From: Eledone cirrhosa
Taxonomy: Eukaryota
Length of the DNA: 64,000 bases
Reading direction: 5' to 3'
NCBI GenBank assembly: GCA_964016885.1
Contig: CAXHJY010000195.1
Span: 1 to 64,000, forward strand
Below, piece after piece: positions 46,539 through 59,121 of the stretch. Both the position numbers and the translations under genes were made by a program. Within the stretch, counting starts at the first letter, position 1; each line of letters starts with the position of its first letter. A model generated the notes under the pieces. That model did no database searches and was not told the origin of the DNA. It saw only the letters and a program-made list of their open reading frames with translations.

Positions 46539-46642
46539 ATACATATATATGTGTGTATATATACATGTATATATATATGTATACATATATATGTGTGTAT
46601 ATATACATGTATATATATATGTATACACACATATAAACACGC

Positions 46643-46683
<41 letters not shown>

Positions 46684-46719
46684 CATACTAATGTAGACTT
46701 ATAATTCTAGTGGTGTTTT

Positions 46720-48015
46720 TATTGGCAGTATCGGCAGAGGGTCGGACGCCATGGGTAATTGCTGGCCTTGTGCAAAACGTAGAAACAGTTATTCTATTGA
46801 TATTTCCTACCATGACACAAGTAACCTTAGTTCAGTAGAAACTGTTATTAAGGTCTTCTGGGAGGAATATGGATTTTCTATTAGAATATATACTTTTGTT
46901 TGATTACATAGTATTATATTTATTCGCCATGCTTTGCAGCACAGTTACGTCCCTTTACGGACTGAGTTCAAATCCCGCCGAGGTTAACTTAGCCTTTCAT
47001 CCTTACGGGGTCGATAAAATAAAGTACCAGTAATGCACTGAGATAATTGCTGGCCTTGTGCCAAAAAGTAGAAACAATTATTTATGTGAGTGGATTGGCA
47101 GTATCGGTAGAGGGTCGGACGCCATGCTTTGACGCATAGAGTTACGGCCCTTGCCATTCTGAGTTCAAATCCCGCCGAAATCAAGCCAAGAAATCAAGCC
47201 AGAATCAGTTCCCGTATGGGCAAGACAAGGTCAGCCAACCAGACACTGCCCACAACAGGACAACCCGTCTAACTCATGCTAGCATGGAAGAACGGATGTA
47301 AAAATATGATTTTTGCACTGGGTAATTTCTGGCCTTGTGCCAAACGTAGAAACAATTATATTTATTAATTATATATATATAGAAGAAGAAGAAGAAGATC
47401 TAATTAACAAGTCTGGACAACGTTATTTGTCATAGGGTCGGACGCCATGCTTTCCAGCATAGTTACGTCCCTTTACGATCTGAGTTCAAATCCCGCCGAG
47501 GTTTACTTTGCCTTTCATCCTTACGGGGTCGATAAAATAAAGTACCAGTAATGCACTGGGTAATTGCTGGCCTTGTGCCTAAAGTAGAAACAGTTATTTG
47601 TCATCGGAAAGGGCGGTGGATTGGCAGTATCGGTAGAGGGTCGGACGCCATGCTTTCCAGCATAGTTACGTCCCTTTACGGTCTGAGTTCAAATCCCGCC
47701 GAGGTTCACTTTGCCTTTCATCCTTACGGGGTCGATAAAATAAAGTACCAGTAATGTACTGGGTAATTGCTGGCCTTGTGCCTAAAGTAGAAACAGTTAT
47801 TTGTCATTGGAAAGGGCGGTGGATTGGCAGTATCGGTAGAGGGTCGGACGCCATGCTTTCCAGCATAGTTACGTCCCTTTACGGTCTGAGTTCAAATCCC
47901 GCCGAGGTTCACTTTGCCTTTCATCCTTACGGGATCGATAAAATTAAGTACCAGTAATGTATTGGGTAATTGCTGGCCTTGTGCCTAAAGTAGAAACAGT
48001 TATTTGTTATCGGAA
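46720..48015 (+). mobile_element. SINE family 1 cluster, including a 203-bp-period tandem (47433-48015)
   Basis: Copies at about 46720, 46925, 47088, 47433, 47610 and 47813. Confidence 0.9.
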
Positions 48016-49466
48016 ATTAACAGATTCGCTGAAGTGAATAGAAAGAGAAAATATGATTCGAATCATTTCGCTTGAGGAAGGTTTCTTCTCTGAACACCCT
48101 CTGTTGTCCAACTCTCCTGATATATATATATATTTTTTTTATCACCGTCTTCATTTCAAATTCTTCCGAAGTCAAAATTTTGCGCTTCGTACTTCCGATG
48201 CCGATAAAACAAAGTATCAGTGAAATACTGAGGTCGATGTAACAGTCATTCAAATAGAACATTCTAGATGTGAATGGAATTATAATAGAAGGCTAAGACT
48301 AAAAAAAAAAGGTTTCACCAATATACGCTAGCTACAAAAAGCAATCTGTTCGCCTCAGTACACAGCTTTAGAATATACATTTAACTAACTAATTAACCAA
48401 CAAGACTATCCTCTAGGTAGATTACAATCTTGATATCGTTTATCTGAAGAAAATATCTGATGTTATGGAGTCAATATCGGGCTCTCTATGGCAGGGCTTC
48501 ACCTAATCATAGTAGTTAGCCTAAAAGTCGCCATTTTAGACAGGAAATGCGCCAAAAGTGCGAAGAGCGTTCACTGTTACTTTTCTTTAATCTTTAATGC
48601 TCCCTCTTCCCCCTCTCTCTCTCTTTCTCTTGCTCTCTCTTATTCTCTCTTTCTCTTGCTCTCTCTTATTCTCTCTCTCTCACTCCCCCTCTCTCTCTCT
48701 CTCAGCCTTTCTCTCTCTTACTACCTTTCTCTTTTATCCCCCTCTCTCTCTTCTATCTATCTCTCTTATACACACTCTTTATGTATCTATCTATCTATTT
48801 ATCTTTCTTTCCCTGTTTTTCTTACACTCCCTCCTTCTCTCATTCACTCTCACTCTCACTCCCTGTTTTTCTTATAATCACCCCTTCCCTTGCTCTCTCT
48901 CTCTCACACGCACGCGCACTCTTTCATTTCGTTATTTTCTGCTAAAATATTCTTCTTTCTGTCATTCTGTCCATTTTTCTTTATTTCGTTCTTTCCCACC
49001 TATATTTTCTCTCATTTTTCTTTAACACTCTCTTTTACTCTTTCTTCTAGCCCTCTGTGCTTTCTTCCTTTCTATACCCCCTCTCTCTCATCTCTCACCT
49101 CCCTCTCTCTATCTCTCTCAATCGTGAACATTCTTTCTCCACTTGTTTTCTATTTCCATTTTATCAGCTCCACCACCACCACCAACAAAAACACCACCAC
49201 CAACAAAAAGACCACCACCACCACCAACAAAAAGACCACCACCAACAACAACAACAACAACAAAAACACGACCACGAACAACAACAACAAAAACACCACC
49301 ACCACCAACAACAACAAAAACACCACCGCCACCACCAACAACAAAAACACCATAACCACCACCACTATCATTACAGCCGCCACCTCCACCATCACCACAA
49401 CCACCATGACACCCATCAATACAGCACCACCACCGGCAACACCACCATCGCCACTCCCAGCAACCC

Positions 49467-49514
<48 letters not shown>

Positions 49515-49689
49515 AACACCACCAAAAGAAATTGACCAAAGAAGAAATGTATTTATTTATATAAGTTAAAAAAAATGTCGAGAGTATTTGTCTCTTAATT
49601 CTAGTCTGTTCCATATAACAACAAGTCTTTTCAATAAACATTTCATTCTGATTTATTTAAAGACCGACATAAATAGCTTTAATGTTATT

Positions 49690-50300
49690 ATTCGAGCAGC
49701 TGTTGTCACGTGTGGAACGGATCCGGCTATTGACCGAATCCATAGTGAATATAACCCCACCGCCTTCTTTTAACTGGGAAGGGCAGGCAGTTTTCCTCTG
49801 TCTGGTGGTGGTAGCGAAAGAGGTTGTGGGATGGACCACGTTGAAAGGACTGAAGACCAATCTCTCATCAACATTTTCAAGTTTCACTTGGAAAGAAAGG
49901 TGAAGGTGGAGAGAGAAGTGCTGCCCTCCAGTACATTTGCTAAAAGATAGGTGAATGTGACAAGAATGACCCGCGTGAATGGGCCTACTCTAAGTATGTG
50001 CCTGTAGGCTAGTTAACTGAAGGAGGAGAGAGATACCCTTCCCAGGTGCCCTCGACGAGTCGGGTGTTTCAGGATTGGTGAGGAACCTGAGTCGACAATG
50101 GGTGGTTCACTCCCCTATAGGGGAATTTATTTTGTTACATTTTTATAAATTTTATTTTTATGTTCTTTCATTGTTAAATCGGTTTTGTTATTGTGTATTT
50201 TCACTCAATTTTATTATAAAACCCCACTGTCTCTGTCTTTGTATTGTCCCCTATATGTCGGCCCTTGTGGCCAATAAATGAAATCATTATTATTATTATT
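49690..50300 (+). mobile_element. Tx1/L1-clade LINE 3' fragment
   Basis: EQLLSRVERIRLLTESIVNITPPPSF...GQAVFLCLVVVAKEVVGWTTLKGLKT is homologous to the 57887-58831 product; ends AATAAA...(ATT)n. Confidence 0.85.
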
Positions 50301-50306
50301 TGATAA

Positions 50307-50700
50307 TGGCGGTGGATTGGCAGTATTGGTAGAGGGTCGGACGCCATGCTTTGCAGCATAGAGTTACGGCACTTTATGGTCTGAGTTCAAATCCCGCTGA
50401 GGGTAACTTTGCCTTTCATCCTTACGGAGTCGGTTAAACAAAGTACCAGTAACGCACTGGGTCGATTTATTCGACTTTCCTCTCCTCCAACATTGTTAGC
50501 CATGTGCATAAATTAGAATTGGCAGTATCGGTAGAGGGTCGGACGCCATGTTCTCCAGTATAGTTACGTCCCTTTACGGTCTGAGTTCAAATCCCTTCGA
50601 GGTTCACTTTGCCTTTTATCCTTACGGGGTCGATAAAATAAAGTACCAGTAATGCACTGGGTAATTGCTGGCCTTGTCCGAAAAAGTAGAAAGAATTATT
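50307..50700 (+). mobile_element. Two tandem SINE family 1 copies directly after the LINE (ATT)n tail
   Basis: Consensus matches at 50307-50520 and 50517-50700. Confidence 0.85.
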
Positions 50701-51099
50701 TATAATGCTCAGATTCTTAGGTCTGTGGCTTGGCAGAATTGGTAGAGCGTCGTACACTATGATGGTGGTGGCGGTGGTGTTGGTGGTGATCGTGATGATG
50801 GTAGTGGTGGGGGAACCATCTACAACAGGCTCAAAGACTTACAAACACGCAAATACACATAGACATATGCATACAGATGCACACACATGCACGTATACAT
50901 AATATATGCATACTCACACATATGCACTCACACAGACAGACTTACACATACAATATACAAGCATTTCGACATATTTGTGTATAGCTATTTAACCCCAGGT
51001 CGGCACTGATAGAGCAAACATAGGACGAAAGGCCTTCCAGCCATGACTATCCTGACCTATCGTGACTACATACTTAAAAGTGCTCTTCCACCCACCCAC

Positions 51100-51130
<31 letters not shown>

Positions 51131-51202
51131 CATTATGAAGAGAGAAGAAACATTTAGATATAATTAGTAATAAAATGTATCATACCTAAACTGCTCCTAA
51201 AT

Positions 51203-51292
51203 TCCTCGACTACGTAGTTTCGTGGCATAAACAAAAACAATATATCATAAAGATATAGAGTCCTTGCGAGGTCTGCCGACTTATCAAGAGGA
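51203..51292 (-). ncRNA. Type I hammerhead, U3-A8 variant core
   Basis: Reverse complement of 52627-52716. Confidence 0.8.
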
Positions 51293-51797
51293 TACCTCAT
51301 TTTACTAGTCTCAAGAACGCGTCTACACGACGTGAGAAAGAATCCCAAAAGGCGGAGGGGGAGATAGTCACGCGATATAACGGTCGAGAAACAGAGCTAA
51401 GCCTCTTATAACCCCGAAGAAAATACCACGGAGGCGGAGGGGGTATTTATATCGAGGCCGTAGAAGAGGTGGTGAAGAAGGCGAGAAGTATGAGTAATGG
51501 AAGCTTTCCAGCTGTCCCCACACTTCAAAGATTGCTCGACCAGAGGGAGTTATTAACAATATATTTAGAAACACACAGATACATGCGGACACACACATAT
51601 ATACATGAATGCATCCGCACCCAACTGTGAGTTAAGGGTGCCAACTTCACCGATGTTGCTCAATGAATGACTGGGACAGACCAATTCAGTTGAACTAGAC
51701 TGAACCAGTATCAGAGTTAAAAATACATTATGAAGAGAGAAGAAACATTTAGATATAATTAGTAATAAAATGTATCATACCTAAACTGCTCCTAAAT

Positions 51798-51887
51798 TCC
51801 TCGACTACGTAGTTTCGTGGCATAAACAAAAACAATATATCATAAAGATATAGAGTCCTTGCGAGGTCTGCCGACTTATCAAGAGGA
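51798..51887 (-). ncRNA. Type I hammerhead, U3-A8 variant core
   Basis: Identical motif 595 bp from the previous copy. Confidence 0.8.
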
Positions 51888-52626
51888 TACCTCATTTTAC
51901 TAGTCTCAAGAACGCGTCTACACGACGTGAGAAAGAATCCCAAAAGGCGGAGGGGGAGATAGTCACGCGATATAACGGTCGAGAAACAGAGCTAAGCCTC
52001 TTATAACCCCGAAGAAAATACCACGGAGGCGGAGGGGGTATTTATATCGAGGCCGTAGAAGAGGTGGTGAAGAAGGCGAGAAGTATGAGTAATGGAAGCT
52101 TTCCAGCTGTCCCCACACTTCAAAGATTGCTCGACCAGAGGGAGTTATTAACAATATATTTAGAAACACACAGATACATGCGGACACACACATATATACA
52201 TGAATGCATCCGCACCCAACAGTGAGTTAAGGGTGCCAACTTCACCGATGTTGCTCAATGAATGACTGGGACAGACCAATTCAGTTGAACTAGACTGAAC
52301 CAGTATCAGAGTTAAAAATACATTATGAAGAGAGAAGAAACATTTAGATATAATTAGTAATAAAATGTATCATACCTATTGGTGGTATTTTCTTCGGGGT
52401 TATAAGAGGCTTAGCTCTGTTTCTCGACCGTTATATCGCGAGAAGAAACATTTAGATATAATTAGTAATAAAATGTATCATACCTATTGGTGGTATTTTC
52501 TTCGGGGTTATAAGAGGCTTAGCTCTGTTTCTCGACCGTTATATCGCGTGACTATCTCCCCCTCCGCCTTTTGGGATTCTTTCTCACGTCGTGTAGACGC
52601 GTTCTTGAGACTAGTAAAATGAGGTA

Positions 52627-52716
52627 TCCTCTTGATAAGTCGGCAGACCTCGCAAGGACTCTATATCTTTATGATATATTGTTTTTGTTTATGCCACGAA
52701 ACTACGTAGTCGAGGA
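52627..52716 (+). ncRNA. Type I hammerhead, U3-A8 variant core
   Basis: UCCUC-UUGAUAA-GUcGGCA...UGCCAC-GAAA-CUACGUAG-UC^GAGGA. Confidence 0.8.
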
Positions 52717-53221
52717 ATTTAGGAGCAGTTTAGGTATGATACATTTTATTACTAATTATATCTAAATGTTTCTTCTCTCTTCATAATGTATTTTTAACTC
52801 TGATACTGGTTCAGTCTAGTTCAACTGAATTGGTCTGTCCCAGTCATTCATTGAGCAACATCGGTGAAGTTGGCACCCTTAACTCACAGTTGGGTGCGGA
52901 TGCATTCATGTATATATGTGTGTGTCCGCATGTATCTGTGTGTTTCTAAATATATTGTTAGTAACTCCCTCTGGTCGAGCAATCTTTGAAGTGTGGGGAC
53001 AGCTGGAAAGCTTCCATTACTCATACTTCTCGCCTTCTTCACCACCTCTTCTACGGCCTCGATATAAATACCCCCTCCGCCTCCGTGGTATTTTCTTCGG
53101 GGTTATAAGAGGCTTAGCTCTGTTTCTCGACCGTTATATCGCGTGACTATCTCCCCCTCCGCCTTTTGGGATTCTTTCTCACGTCGTGTAGACGCGTTCT
53201 TGAGACTAGTAAAATGAGGTA

Positions 53222-53311
53222 TCCTCTTCATAAGTCGGCAGACCCCGCAAGGACTCTATATCTTTATGATATATTGTTTTTGTTTATGCCACGAAACTAC
53301 GTAGTCGAGGA
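53222..53311 (+). ncRNA. Hammerhead copy with a core mutation (UUCAUAA, G5C), probably inactive
   Basis: Same as 52627-52716 except G to C at 53229 and one change in the stem II insert. Confidence 0.7.
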
Positions 53312-53552
53312 ATTTAGGAGCAGTTTAGGTATGATACATTTTATTACTAATTATATCTAAATGTTTCTTCTCTTTTCATAATGTATTTTTAACTCTGATA
53401 CTGGTTCAGTCTAGTTCAACTGAATTGGTCTGTCCCAGTCATTCATTGAGCAACATCGGTGAAGTTGGCACCCTTAACTCACAGTTGGGTGCGGATGCAT
53501 TCATGTATATATGTGTGTGTCCGCATGTATCTGTGTGTTTCTAAATATATTG

Positions 53553-53638
<86 letters not shown>

Positions 53639-54564
53639 TTAAAACAATGAAATTAAACACAAAACTGTTAATTCATAGTAAAACATTATTTTACGATCGT
53701 TTCTGGGGGGGGGGGGTAGTCGTCTGCATGTTCATTTAATTATTGATCTATGTAAAACATATTACAAAATATCATGGTGAGAAAATAATACATACGTCTT
53801 CACTGCCCGCCGTCTTCAGAAATATATATATATATATGTATAAACACATACACATACCAACACATATAACACAGTACCCATCAGAAATGACGGGGTTTAT
53901 AGTAAAAAGTATTTAATTTAATAATTCCTTGATACAACATTCTATGTGAAAACACTTGAATCTTCGAGTTTTCCTTGACCTCAATCTAGCGTTCTAACAC
54001 ATCTGCTGCACTGACACTGGCGTATTGGGCCTCTTAACAAACCTAAAGTCATATCAACTTTGTAATGCCCCGTCTCCCTACCGCTTTATTTACGTTCGAA
54101 CCCCCTGATGCTCTAACGGCTCCAGATCTTGGCGGTAATAGTAAAAATAGTGGTTTTGAATTTAAATAGTGCGATTTCGAACAAACGTGGTCGAAACATA
54201 TTTTTAAGAAATGTAGAAATGCTGTAAAACTCTCAACGTCATACTCCGCACGAAACTGCATCATTTAAGGTAAGGAAGAAAACTCTAACCCCTTCATTCT
54301 TTTCCTGAGTGTTCTCAACCTCCAAGGAACATGATCTTATCCTCCGAATCATTGACGTACTGAGGAAATTTTACATAAGGATCTTAAAAACATACACGAG
54401 TTTTTAATTACGTAGATTGTTGAGGAACCATCCTGTCCTCTGCCGGGACCACCAGGCAGACTGACCCTTTCATTTATAGTGGTGGCATATGGCGTAAGTT
54501 TACTTAAACTTTAGTAACATATTGAGATTAAAATTCCAAGACTTCTACTTGTAGAATTATGATT

Positions 54565-54745
54565 TTGGCAGTATCGGTTGAGGGTCGGACGCCATGCTTT
54601 GCAACATCGAGTTACCGCCCTTTAGAGTCTGAGTTAAAATCCCACCGAGGTTAACTTTGCCTTTCATCCTTACGGTGTCGATAAAATAAAGCACCAGTAA
54701 TGCACTAGGATAATTGCTGGCCTTGTGCCAAAAGAAGAAACTATT
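54565..54745 (+). mobile_element. SINE family 1
   Basis: Consensus match. Confidence 0.85.
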
Positions 54746-54877
54746 ATATTTTAAATAGTCTTTATAATGTTCCTATAGTCCCTGAATGTTTAGATTCTTT
54801 CCTGTAGCTTCATCAGTGTGATCATCGTTTACGATTAAATATCTAAGTGTAATGTAACTAGTATTTAAAAGTAATGG

Positions 54878-55270
54878 GTGTTGTTATGACCGAAAGAATT
54901 ACGATCGCGAATACAAGCGGCCGAAATGGGGTTCCTCCGAAGGCCCTTTGGAATAACGCTACACGATACAGTGCGTAGCTCGGAGATCAGAAAGTCGCTC
55001 CAGGTAGAGCCATTACTTCTCCGAATTGAGAGATCACAGTTCCAATACTACGGACAAGTGGTTAGAATCGGTGAACAGAATCGCTGGAGAGATTTTACAG
55101 GCAAAACCAGCTAGCAGGAGATCAAGGGGTAGCAGAGCCCGAGAAAGAACATTGGATAACATCCATGATCTTGGCTGGTCTAGTTTGGGTATCTAGTCGG
55201 ATCAGTTGGAGACGCTACTTCTGACAGGACCCGCTAGTAGGAGTGTTTGAGGACTCTGCCCCAAGAAGAA
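54878..55270 (+). pseudogene. RTE-clade LINE ORF C-terminal fragment
   Basis: RSRIQAAEMGFLRR.FGITLHDTVRSSEIRKSLQVEPLLLRIERSQFQYYGQVVR. Confidence 0.85.
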
Positions 55271-57391
55271 CAAGAGTTCGTATACAATTAACTAAGTGGG
55301 TGTGCGGTACCTCGGATTTGAATGTATTGGGTGTTACAATTCAACGTCAGATAATTCAACCATAAATATTGTTGAAAGTTTCAGAAAGTTTAGTTTTTCA
55401 GAGAACCGTCTGGTTTATTGATTATTTAATGAAGATTTGAAGATCGATATAATCTATAGTTTTATACACCTGTTTTATTTTGTTGAATGTAAAGAGTTGG
55501 AAGTGTTATCGAAAATCGATCCGAGGTTTTGTTTTTGTTACTTGCTCAATTAATAAGTATGTAATAAAGTAATATTTATTTGTTGGTTGTAAAAGGTTTA
55601 AGAGAACACTGAACCATGAAATCTAAACGGGGGCAGCAAGTTTATATTGACCCTGCTTTCCCCTTGCCAGAAAGCGGGTTTAGATTACCGACAGGTAGGA
55701 TTTAAATCAATTTCAAAGTACCTCTCCCTCCACACACACCACCTCCCCACCTTCCACATACACACCCCACCATCACTCACACCCCCACCACCACTCACTC
55801 AACACCCCCATCACCCTCCTCACCAAGCAAGTTTGGTGGGGTTGCCGGTTTAGTCGCCGACGACCCGACTATGAGGCAGGTTGTACTGGGTTACGTTACC
55901 ACTATCACTTGAGAGTGACCTGACATATATATATATATACATAGATACATATATACACACTCACATACATACATATGTACATACATACATATATATACAC
56001 ACTCACATACATACATACATGTATGTATGTATGTATGTATGTATGTATGTATGTATGTTTATGTCAGGTCACCAGTTGGTGCTACTGGTAACATGTATTC
56101 CAGTACAACCTGTCCCATGGTCGGGTCGTTGGCGACTAAACTGGCAACCCCACCAAGGTTTCTTGGTGAGGAGGGTGACTTTGGACATCCTGCAGGACTA
56201 AAAACAAAACCTGTCAAAGAGCAAAGGAGCTCTTAAGAGTCAATGGCCATCCAAAATCACCGGGAGAGATGACCCCTTAGCCTTTGTCAAGGCAGAATTC
56301 TAGGAGAAGGAAAACTCTGATATAACACCTGCAACCCTGATGCTATCCAATGGTGTTGACGTGTTCTTCTTTTTGGTAAATATCATCTTGGTTAAGAGAG
56401 TGGGACTGGCTTTGTGCAGTGCCTTTGCTCACTATAAAAGCTTCACGGCACAGGCATTGCTTTATATCTGGAGATCTCTCTGCACTTGTCGCCACATGGT
56501 ACCATGGGCCCAGCACTATGTGTCAATAATTGTCACAAGTGTAGTGTTTGTACCAGAGTTTTCAAGTCGCTGGCTGGACTAAAAAGTCACACTCGTTCAG
56601 CGCATCGGTAGGGGTTCTCCTACATGGATATAAAGTAGTGGCCGTACTCGAAAACGAGTTGGCAGCCACCATGTATGTATATGTATGTGTATTAATGACA
56701 TTTTTTTCATATTTTCTAATGTGTCACGTGTTTTATGCAATACACATCATAACATGTAAGAATTAATATTTATCATTTTAACTAAATCAGAAGGAGGTGG
56801 TGGGCTTAATATGAACGGTAAAGGAATAATTTGACACCAGGTTCAAGTTAGCTCCGATGGGAAGGGGCCAATATGAAAGCGATTCCAGATTATCTTGAGG
56901 TAACTTAAAATAGGGGGAAAAGGTGGGGTAGCTTTGAAATGTTTATACCAAGGCTGTTATCAATACAGCTCTATCGTTAGCAATACAGCAATTTCACAAT
57001 CCTACTTTACATAACGTCTTATATTTCAGGATATCTTAAGAAATTTTCTTCGGACAGTTCTTCTGGTGCATCTTAAAATAATGACAGTGCCTGTAGTATT
57101 TCCTAATTAATCAACGCTTCTGTATTTATAATTTCCCGAACACATCAGCTGAGAACTTTGCGGTAATATAACCTGATCTCGCATCTAATTAGTATGGGAG
57201 TTATTTGGCGTCCATCACAGACGAACACACATCAAATAGCTTACTCCTGTGAGCATTCATGGGTGAAGTGTCATTTCAGACGGCTACTATTAAATTTATT
57301 TCAACGAAAACATCGACAGGAGCTGGTCAGGGAGTTTACTTTTCCTGTGTCTTGTTCTGACTTCAATGAAACTTTCAACTTTGAATAATAA

Positions 57392-57580
57392 TAATTTTCT
57401 ACTTTTTATCACAAGGCCAGCAATTACCCAGTGCATTACTGGTACTTTATTTTATCGACCCCGTAAGGATGAAAGGCAAAGTTAACCTCGTCGGGATTTG
57501 AACTCAGAATGGCAAGGGCCGTAACTCTATGCGTCAAAGTATGGCGTCCGACCCTCTACCGATACTGCCAGTCCACCGCC
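57392..57580 (-). mobile_element. SINE family 1 adjacent to a LINE tail
   Basis: Consensus match. Confidence 0.9.
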
Positions 57581-57587
57581 TTTTTGA

Positions 57588-59070
57588 ATAATAATAATAA
57601 TAATGATAATAATAATAATAATAATGGTTTCTTTATTGGCCACAAGGGTAACACGAAGAAAAACATTAGAGACGGCACAGAACTGTACAGGACGATACAA
57701 AGTAGGTTTTGGTCGTGTAAACAGGTTATAACAAAATCGGGCTAGAAATCAAAAAAATTCAAACAACAAAAATTCCCCCAAAAGGGGGAAACCTCCGAGG
57801 GTCACTCGAGGCGAAAACCACACAAAAAACACCACGGCCACCCTGACAAGGGCAAGCGCCCTCTCTCAGTTTTCCCATTGCTCAGTCTACAGGCGCATAC
57901 TCAGAGCGGGTATGTTCACTCGGACCAGACTCGCCACTTTCACCCACCTTTCAACAAACTTACTAAAAGACAGCACTTGCCTCTCCACCCTGATTTTCCT
58001 CTTAAAGTGAAACTTGAAAAAGTTAATCCGGGATTGGCCGAAGAGGAAAGTGTCCGTCTTCAACCCTTTCAACCTTGTCCACCACACAATCCCTTTCGCC
58101 ATGGCCACCAAGCAGATGAAAACTGCCTGCCCTTCCTCCTCTTTAAAGGAGGATGGCGGGGTTATCTGCACAATGGACTCAATCGATAACCGGATCCGTC
58201 CTACACGTGACAGCAGCTGTTCGACATAGCTCCACAATTCAGCAATCCTCGGGCACTGAACGAGTGCGTGCAGGACGGTTTTGTCGCCCTGCGCGCATCT
58301 CGGACAGGCTCGGCTGACAGCACCTCCGTGCCTGTAGAGCTTATCCTGAACCGGCAACGATCTCCGGTAGCACTGCCAAGACAGGGATTTCTGGAAGTTG
58401 TCCATAGGCCCCGGTTTGAAAGTTCTCTTGAAGAGAGCGAACAGCTGATCGTCTTTGACACCCTGGGTCTCCCCGAGAACGTCGTCGCTCTTTCCTTCCA
58501 CCAGCCCTCTATAGAACGCCGAGGTGGATGTTCCACCGATACTAGTGCCCAGCTGGTAGGGGGTGGTGAGCGCTTGGAGACATTCTAGCTTCCAACCGCT
58601 ATCCCTCGGTCTTTTCCTGATCCAGGACTGTAGCTCCGTCAAGGAGACGAGCTGGGGAAAAGCGCGTCTGGCAAACGGCGACCACACCTGTTCACCGTCA
58701 AGGAAGCACCAGAGATGTCGCAGCCTCAGCGCATGTTTGCGCATCATCATCCACGGCATGCCTAGTCTTCCACGCAACGGGTGTTGGCAGCAAATTGATC
58801 GTCTGACCATGGGAGCACGTCCCTTCCACAAAAAGCGGAAGAGTTGGGTGGGGGGAAAGGTACGACGGTCAGGCGGTAGTAGATGACGGACGCTATGTAC
58901 GCATTCACCACCTCATCCAGACCTTTCAGAGACAGCCTCCTCTCGGCCCATTTCTGGGTGAGAGAGGCCACCCTGCTCGTCACCTCGCTCCAGTTTTTCT
59001 CCATCTGGAGGTCCGGACCGAACCAGACCCCGAGCAATTTAACCGGTACATTTGTGACAGGTACATAAAG
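57588..59070 (-). mobile_element. 5'-truncated Tx1/L1-clade LINE (RT thumb, zf-RVT-like CCHC, 3' UTR, (ATT)n tail)
   Basis: VKLLGVWFG...WAERRLSLKG, RGRLGMP and CPRCAQGDKTVLHALVQCP motifs; frameshift near 58860. Confidence 0.9.
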
Positions 59071-59121
59071 CGACTTACTGGAAGCGAGCAAAAAAACGTC
59101 CGATCAGACCAATAATAATAA

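Larger units (their letters stand above)
51130..53553. mobile_element. 595-bp HHR-containing tandem array (retrozyme-like): about 2.1 minus copies plus about 1.8 plus copies, head-to-head in (TA)n
   Basis: Period 595 (51131 = 51726 = 52321; 52627 = 53222). Orientation switches at about 52378, with a 108-bp duplication across the junction. Each unit has one HHR. Confidence 0.9.

Noticed and set aside
51154-53360. Repeated 64-aa and 76-aa ORFs in the 595-bp unit
   Set aside because: Non-ATG starts and no recognisable domain; they recur only because the unit is repeated.
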